Positions 1 through 4,202 of a stretch of 8,131 nucleotides of DNA are shown here, piece after piece. This DNA is from an archaeon. Its GTDB lineage: Archaea; Iainarchaeota; Iainarchaeia; Iainarchaeales; CSSED10-239. Each line of letters begins with the position of its first letter. Position 1 is the stretch's first letter. Location: contig DAOOON010000022.1 of assembly GCA_035387745.1 (NCBI GenBank), forward strand, positions 1 through 8,131, written 5' to 3'. The notes beneath the pieces were generated by a model. It was not told where the DNA came from and did not search any database. It was given only the letters and a program-made list of their open reading frames with translations. The position numbers and the translations under genes are program-made.

Positions 1-2
1 AA

Positions 3-155
3 AAAGAAGGAAAAGCTATAAAAAAAAGAATTGATGAACTTACAGATAAAGAAAAAGAGCTATTTAAAAGCATAATTTCGCAGAAAAAAATAGATAAATC
101 ACAAAAAACAAAGAAACGTCCCGAAGTAACTAGAAAAAGAGAAAAAAAGAAATAA
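3..155 (+). CDS. 3' end of an upstream ORF (partial; hypothetical Lys/Glu-rich C-terminal tail)
   Basis: Frame 3 is open from the window edge to TAA at 153-155 (...KEKELFKSIISQKKIDKSQKTKKRPEVTRKREKKK*). The other + frames stop at 19-21 and 32-34. The stretch is very A-rich, so T-initial stop codons are rare anyway, and I recognise no domain. Confidence 0.3.
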   Translation, partial: KEGKAIKKRIDELTDKEKELFKSIISQKKIDKSQKTKKRPEVTRKREKKK

Positions 156-164
156 AACAAAGTA

Positions 165-175
165 TTTATAAATAT
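165..175 (+). promoter_or_regulatory. TATA-box-like 11-mer TTTATAAATAT, copy 1
   Basis: It matches the archaeal TATA consensus (TTTAWATA-like) and is identical to the 11-mer at 260-270. It lies about 25-30 nt upstream of ATG 196, the start of a 37-codon ORF. TATA-like strings are common in DNA this A+T-rich. Confidence 0.2.
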
Positions 176-202
176 TTTGTTATTATAAATATTATATGCT
201 CC

Positions 203-218
203 TGTCTAGTTTAGCTAT
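203..218. repeat. Intergenic motif TGTCTAG-TT-TAGCTAT, copy 1
   Basis: It forms a direct repeat with 318-334 (TGTCTAG-CGT-TAGCTAT). Both 7-nt arms are identical and the spacer differs by 1 nt in length. It contains the palindromes CTAG and TAGCTA. Confidence 0.5.
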
Positions 219-259
219 ATTTATAATTTTTACAAAAAACAGTAAGATTACAGGCGATT

Positions 260-270
260 TTTATAAATAT
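260..270 (+). promoter_or_regulatory. TATA-box-like 11-mer TTTATAAATAT, copy 2; candidate promoter of the rpoH operon
   Basis: It is identical to 165-175 and is preceded by the G/A-containing CAGGCGA, a possible BRE. A start about 25 nt downstream (near 288-292) would give a leader of roughly 100 nt before ATG 392. No experimental support is possible here. Confidence 0.3.
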
Positions 271-317
271 AAGGGCGTTAATTCAAGCTTAACTATCAGC
301 CCGTATTAGAAAAAGAT

Positions 318-334
318 TGTCTAGCGTTAGCTAT
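318..334. repeat. Intergenic motif TGTCTAG-CGT-TAGCTAT, copy 2
   Basis: It is the direct-repeat partner of 203-218. It overlaps a second repeat pair, TTARCTATCRGC, at 289-300 and 327-338. Confidence 0.5.
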
Positions 335-380
335 CGGCAAACAACTTAAAGACAGAAAAGCAAAAACATTTACAATTAAA

Positions 381-384
381 GGTG
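381..384 (+). promoter_or_regulatory. Shine-Dalgarno-like GGTG for rpoH
   Basis: AAAGGTGTAAGGTT precedes ATG 392, leaving a 7-nt spacer. GGTG(A) is complementary to the conserved archaeal 16S 3' end (..GAUCACCUCCU). Confidence 0.55.
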
Positions 385-391
385 TAAGGTT

Positions 392-820
392 ATGCCAGGA
401 TTAAAAACAGATGTCGGTTTAGAAGATGATTATAGCTTTGATGATATAGATATCAAAGCGCCAAAGGAAGAAGTTGAAGAAGAAGAAAAAGAAGAGAAAG
501 TTACTTTTGATATTCTTGATGATGACGAAGAGGAAGAAACAAAAGGCAAGGGCAAAAGAAAGAAAGTAAAGAAAAGAGCAAGAAAAGTAAAAGAAGAAAT
601 AAAGCATTCTTATATCCCTAAGCATGAAATTGTTTCGGGCGACGAATTAGAAAAACTTATTTCTGAAAAAAATATAAATCCAGAAAAACTACCTTTAATC
701 TATATTGCTGATCCAGGCATCGCTCACTTAGAAGTAAAAGTTGGAGATGTGATTAGAATTGCAAGAAACAATAAAAAGATTGGCGAAGTTATTTACTATA
801 GAAGAGTAATTTCTATATGA
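392..820 (+). CDS. rpoH: DNA-directed RNA polymerase subunit H (Rpo5) with an N-terminal charged extension
   Basis: Residues 72-142 (HSYIPKHEIVSGDELEKLI...KLPLIYIADPGIAHLEVKVGDVIRIARNNKKIGEVIYYRRVISI) match the RpoH / Rpb5 C-terminal domain pattern (HxxVPKHEI...LPKI..DP....GDVV.I.R.S...G....YR.V). The gene sits first in the RNAP operon. ATG 392 is the only canonical in-frame start after the TAA at 377-379, and an SD lies upstream. Confidence 0.9.
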   Translation: MPGLKTDVGLEDDYSFDDIDIKAPKEEVEEEEKEEKVTFDILDDDEEEETKGKGKRKKVKKRARKVKEEIKHSYIPKHEIVSGDELEKLISEKNINPEKLPLIYIADPGIAHLEVKVGDVIRIARNNKKIGEVIYYRRVISI

Positions 821-859
821 TTTTTTAATTCTAAAATTAAAGATAATATTTATAAAAGT

Positions 860-863
860 GTGA
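860..863 (+). promoter_or_regulatory. Shine-Dalgarno-like GTGA for rpoB2
   Basis: TATAAAAGTGTGAAAGATT precedes ATG 870, leaving a 6-nt spacer. Confidence 0.5.
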
Positions 864-869
864 AAGATT

Positions 870-2336
870 ATGAAAAGTTTAGATAAATGGCCAGTAATTG
901 AGTCTTATTATGACTTGTATAGTCCTGTTCAACAGCAAATCAATTCTTTTAATCAGTTTATTGATGAAAAAGTTTCAGAGATTGTTGAAGAAAATGGATT
1001 TATTAGTTCCACAAATAATGTTGATGTTACATTATCAAATGTAGAAATCACAAACCCACAGATTGTTGAAGCAGACAGAACTGCAAAATTTAGATTAATG
1101 CCAATGGAAGCAAGACTTAGAAACCTAACATACTCTGGTTCAATTTATTTAGATATTAAGCTTTACAGAAAAGGAGTTCTTCAAGATGAGAAAAGAGCAT
1201 ATGTTGGAGAAATGCCAATTCTTGTAAAATCAAACAGATGTAACCTTTATGGTTTATCTCCAGAAGAATTAATAGAAAATGGAGAAGACCCAATGGACAG
1301 GGGAGGTTACATGATTGTTAATGGTTCAGAAAAAGCACTAATCACTCAAGAAGTTCTAGCATTTGATAGAATTCTACTTAACGATACAGAAGAAGTAATT
1401 AATGCACAAGTGATTTCAGTTAAAGGAGCATTTAAAGGAAAAGTAAGAATCTCAAGAACACAAGACGGATTATTTACAATTTCGTTTCCATCTTCTCCAA
1501 GAAAATTAATGCTTGTTGAATTATTAAATGCAATTGGTTACACAAAATCAACTCATATTCTAGATCTTTTCCCAAAGGACCAAATTATTCAAAATGAAAT
1601 TCTTCTTAATCTTGATAAAGTGGAATTACAATCAGAAGAAGAAGCTTTAGACAAGATTGGAAGATCAGTTGCACCTTCTCAGACAAAGACCTATAGACTA
1701 AGAAGAGCAAAAGAAGTAATTGATTCGTTCTTATTGCCACACCTAGGTCAAGAAAAAGATGCAAGAACAATGAAGGCACACTTCCTTGTAGCAATGTCTG
1801 TTAAGATTATTGAAAAAGCATATAATTTAAGAACACAAGCAGACAAAGACCATTATGCTAATAAGAGACTTGAGCTTTCTGGAAAGTTAATGGAAAATCT
1901 TTTCAGATTCTCTTTTAAACATTTTACAAAAGATCTTAAATTCCAGATTGATAGAACAATTTCAAGACACAGAAAATTAAATATTAATACAGTGATTAGA
2001 CCAGATGCAATTACTGAAAGAATAATGTTTGCAGTAAGCACTGGAAATTGGATAGGGCAATTAACAGGTGTTAGTAAATACATGTCAAGAGATAACTTTT
2101 TGACATCAATTACAGATCTAAGAAGAGTGAAATCAACTTTAGATTCATCAAGAGAACTTTACGAAGCAAGAGATGTTCACGGAACACACTGGGGGAGACT
2201 TTGCCCAATCGAAACACCAGATGGACCAAACTGTGGTCTTGTTAAGAATCTTTCAATGATGGCAAAGATTACAACAGACACTGATCCAGAAGGAATTAGA
2301 AGAATATTAAAGAATGAGGACGTCACCTCTGATTAG
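870..2336 (+). CDS. rpoB2: DNA-directed RNA polymerase subunit B'' (Rpo2N, N-terminal half of split subunit B)
   Basis: This 488-aa ORF carries the hallmark Rpb2/beta N-terminal motifs: QQINSFNQFI, MPMEARLRNLTYSG, GEMPILVKSNRCNL, EDPMDRGGYMIVNGSEKALITQE, DKDHYANKRLELSG and ARDVHGTHWGRLCPIETPDGPNCGLVKNLS. It ends about 25 residues after the GLVKNL motif, which is the known B''/B' split point. Confidence 0.97.
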   Translation: MKSLDKWPVIESYYDLYSPVQQQINSFNQFIDEKVSEIVEENGFISSTNNVDVTLSNVEITNPQIVEADRTAKFRLMPMEARLRNLTYSGSIYLDIKLYRKGVLQDEKRAYVGEMPILVKSNRCNLYGLSPEELIENGEDPMDRGGYMIVNGSEKALITQEVLAFDRILLNDTEEVINAQVISVKGAFKGKVRISRTQDGLFTISFPSSPRKLMLVELLNAIGYTKSTHILDLFPKDQIIQNEILLNLDKVELQSEEEALDKIGRSVAPSQTKTYRLRRAKEVIDSFLLPHLGQEKDARTMKAHFLVAMSVKIIEKAYNLRTQADKDHYANKRLELSGKLMENLFRFSFKHFTKDLKFQIDRTISRHRKLNINTVIRPDAITERIMFAVSTGNWIGQLTGVSKYMSRDNFLTSITDLRRVKSTLDSSRELYEARDVHGTHWGRLCPIETPDGPNCGLVKNLSMMAKITTDTDPEGIRRILKNEDVTSD

Positions 2337-2350
2337 AATTATTTTTAAAA

Positions 2351-2354
2351 GTGA
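2351..2354 (+). promoter_or_regulatory. Shine-Dalgarno-like GTGA for rpoB1
   Basis: TTTAAAAGTGAAATAAT precedes ATG 2361, leaving a 6-nt spacer. Confidence 0.5.
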
Positions 2355-2360
2355 AATAAT

Positions 2361-4181
2361 ATGGCAAAATCAAGAGCAAAAATTTATGTTAATGGTGGAA
2401 TTGTTGGATTTCACGATGACCCTGAAAAATTAAGAGCAGATTTACTTAAAAAAAGAAGATCTCTTCAGATTGATCCGCAAATAAATATTGCATTTAATGA
2501 AACAACAAATGAAGTTTATATTAACACTGATGCTGGAAGAGTACAAAGACCAGTAATTATTTTAGATAAAGGGCAATCAAGAGTAACACCAGAAATTGTA
2601 GAAGACTTAAGATCAAAGAAATTATCTTGGCAAGATCTTCTTTCTAAAGGAATTGTTGAGTTTTTAGATGCTGAAGAAGAGGAAAATGCATATATTGCTT
2701 TAACAGAAGATGAGATTACTCCAGATCACACACACTTAGAAATTTCAGGAACAGCTATCTTTAGTATTGTTTCATCAATGATACCATTTATTGAGCACAA
2801 CATGGCTGGTAAAGCAATTCATGGTGCTAAACTTTACAAGCAGGCAATTGGAATACCATCATCTAATTATAATTTAAGATTTGATACAGAAATGCATTGT
2901 TTGTATTATCCACAAAAACCTTTAGTTTACACAAGAACATCAAAGCTTTTACATATGGAAAAAAGACCAATGATACAAAATGCAATTGTTGCAATCATGC
3001 CTTACAAAGGTTTCAATATGCTTGATGCTTTTATTATTAATCAAGGCGCAATACAAAGAGCAATGTCAAGATCTTCATATTATAGATCATATTCTCAAGC
3101 AGAAATCAGATATCCTTCTGGGCAGACAGACAAATTTTGTATTCCTACAGAAGAAGCAAGCGGATTTAGAGGAACAGATGCTTATGCAAATCTTGATGAA
3201 AATGGAATTGTAATGCTAGAATCAAAAATCTCAGAAGGCGGAGTAGTTATTGGTATGACGTCTCCTCCAAGATTTGTTGAAGAAGTTTCAGAGTTTGGAG
3301 TTGTTACAGAAGAAAGAAGAGATACTTCTGTTTGTTCTAGAAAACATTTAGATGGTTATGTTGACAGAGTAATGATTTCTGAAACAATTTCTGGAACTAA
3401 ATTATGTAAAGTAAGAATTAGAACTTATCTTGAACCACAGGTTGGAGATAAATTTACAAGTCATCACGCACAGAAAGGGGTTGTTGGTGCAGTAATAAGA
3501 GAAGAAGATATGCCTTTTACAAGTCAAGGAATAAAACCAGACTTTATTTTAAATCCGCATTCCATTCCTTCAAGAATGACTTTAGGTCATTTGTTTGAAA
3601 GCATTGCCGGTAAAACTGTTGCAGCAAGTGGGAAGGCAATTGATGGAACTCCTTTCTGTAATGATAAAGACGAAGTTTTTAAATTATTACAAGAATATGG
3701 ATTTAGACCAGATGGTAAAGAAACCTTTTATGATGGTAAGACCGGAGAAAAGATAGAGATGCCAATTTTTGTTGGGCCTCTTGGTTTTGAAAGATTACAA
3801 ACACACTTAGTTGTTAATAGAATACAAGCAAGAGATAAAGGGCCAGTACAATTATTAACAAGACAACCAACTGAAGGTAAGCAAAAAGGCGGAGGGCTAA
3901 GATTCGGTGAAATGGAAGGCGAAGCTTTAGTTGCTCATGGTGCTGCAATGACATTACAGGAAAAATTAATGGACGATGCAGACGAAATGAATATCATGGT
4001 CTGTGAAGACTGTGGAATTCCGGCAGTTGATGATAAGATAAGAAACAAAAGATACTGTCCAGTATGTAATGGGACAAACGTACACCAAGTAAAGATCAGT
4101 TATGGTTTCAAGCTATTGCTTGATGAACTAAAAGCAATGGGAGTATATCCAAAGTTAAATCTTGGAGATAAAATAGACTAG
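2361..4181 (+). CDS. rpoB1: DNA-directed RNA polymerase subunit B' (Rpo2C, C-terminal half of split subunit B)
   Basis: This 606-aa ORF aligns without gaps to the yeast Rpb2 catalytic half: LYYPQKPL, QNAIVAI, GDKFTSHHAQKG, EDMPF, NPHSIPSRMT, LTRQPTEGK..GGLRFGEMEGEA..HGAA. It ends with a C-terminal CxxC-x17-CxxC zinc ribbon (CEDCG...CPVCN) followed by YGFKLLLDELKAMG. Confidence 0.97.
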   Translation: MAKSRAKIYVNGGIVGFHDDPEKLRADLLKKRRSLQIDPQINIAFNETTNEVYINTDAGRVQRPVIILDKGQSRVTPEIVEDLRSKKLSWQDLLSKGIVEFLDAEEEENAYIALTEDEITPDHTHLEISGTAIFSIVSSMIPFIEHNMAGKAIHGAKLYKQAIGIPSSNYNLRFDTEMHCLYYPQKPLVYTRTSKLLHMEKRPMIQNAIVAIMPYKGFNMLDAFIINQGAIQRAMSRSSYYRSYSQAEIRYPSGQTDKFCIPTEEASGFRGTDAYANLDENGIVMLESKISEGGVVIGMTSPPRFVEEVSEFGVVTEERRDTSVCSRKHLDGYVDRVMISETISGTKLCKVRIRTYLEPQVGDKFTSHHAQKGVVGAVIREEDMPFTSQGIKPDFILNPHSIPSRMTLGHLFESIAGKTVAASGKAIDGTPFCNDKDEVFKLLQEYGFRPDGKETFYDGKTGEKIEMPIFVGPLGFERLQTHLVVNRIQARDKGPVQLLTRQPTEGKQKGGGLRFGEMEGEALVAHGAAMTLQEKLMDDADEMNIMVCEDCGIPAVDDKIRNKRYCPVCNGTNVHQVKISYGFKLLLDELKAMGVYPKLNLGDKID

Positions 4182-4192
4182 AGCATTTAAAA

Positions 4193-4196
4193 GGTA
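4193..4196 (+). promoter_or_regulatory. Shine-Dalgarno-like GGTA for rpoA1
   Basis: TTTAAAAGGTAGATAAG precedes ATG 4203, leaving a 6-nt spacer. The match to the anti-SD is weaker than at the other starts. Confidence 0.4.
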
Positions 4197-4202
4197 GATA
4201 AG

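Noticed and set aside
156-391. Possible tRNA, C/D-box or H/ACA sRNA, or CRISPR leader/repeat in the long upstream intergenic region
   Set aside because: There is no cloverleaf-compatible arms or T-loop GTTCRA motif, and no RUGAUGA/CUGA box pair. The two repeat pairs have different spacings, and no regularly spaced repeat-spacer architecture is present. The region is kept as an unexplained regulatory or structured-RNA candidate in the findings.
470-600. GAA/AAG-rich purine tract as a microsatellite or slippage-prone repeat
   Set aside because: The tract is imperfect, stays in frame and encodes the Glu/Lys-rich RpoH extension. No exact tandem unit is repeated enough times to call a simple-sequence repeat.
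419-625. 68-aa reverse-strand ORF rich in Phe/Leu
   Set aside because: It is the antisense shadow of the purine-rich GAA/AAA-repeat coding region of the RpoH extension. Its low-complexity poly-F product arises automatically from the complement of Lys/Glu codons.
821-856. T6 run (821-826) and TATA-like TTTATAAA (849-856) between rpoH and rpoB2 as a terminator and promoter pair
   Set aside because: The TATA-like string is only about 14-20 nt from ATG 870, so a start about 25 nt downstream would fall inside the CDS. T runs and TATA-like strings are frequent at this base composition. Partial attenuation cannot be excluded, but the sequence alone does not support it.
1606-2083. Two reverse-strand ORFs (1606-1794, 1853-2083) inside rpoB2
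   Set aside because: They lie entirely within a strongly supported conserved CDS on the other strand, have no recognisable motifs and no SD-like signal. They are typical shadow ORFs.
2342-2346. T5 run between rpoB2 and rpoB1 as a terminator
   Set aside because: The two halves of subunit B are needed stoichiometrically and the spacer is only 24 nt. The run is part of the recurring TTTAAAAGTGA pre-start module rather than a dedicated terminator.
2980-3213. 77-aa + strand ORF in an alternative frame inside rpoB1
   Set aside because: It overlaps the most conserved part of B' in another frame. Its product is low-complexity with no motif support, so I see no reason to invoke overprinting.
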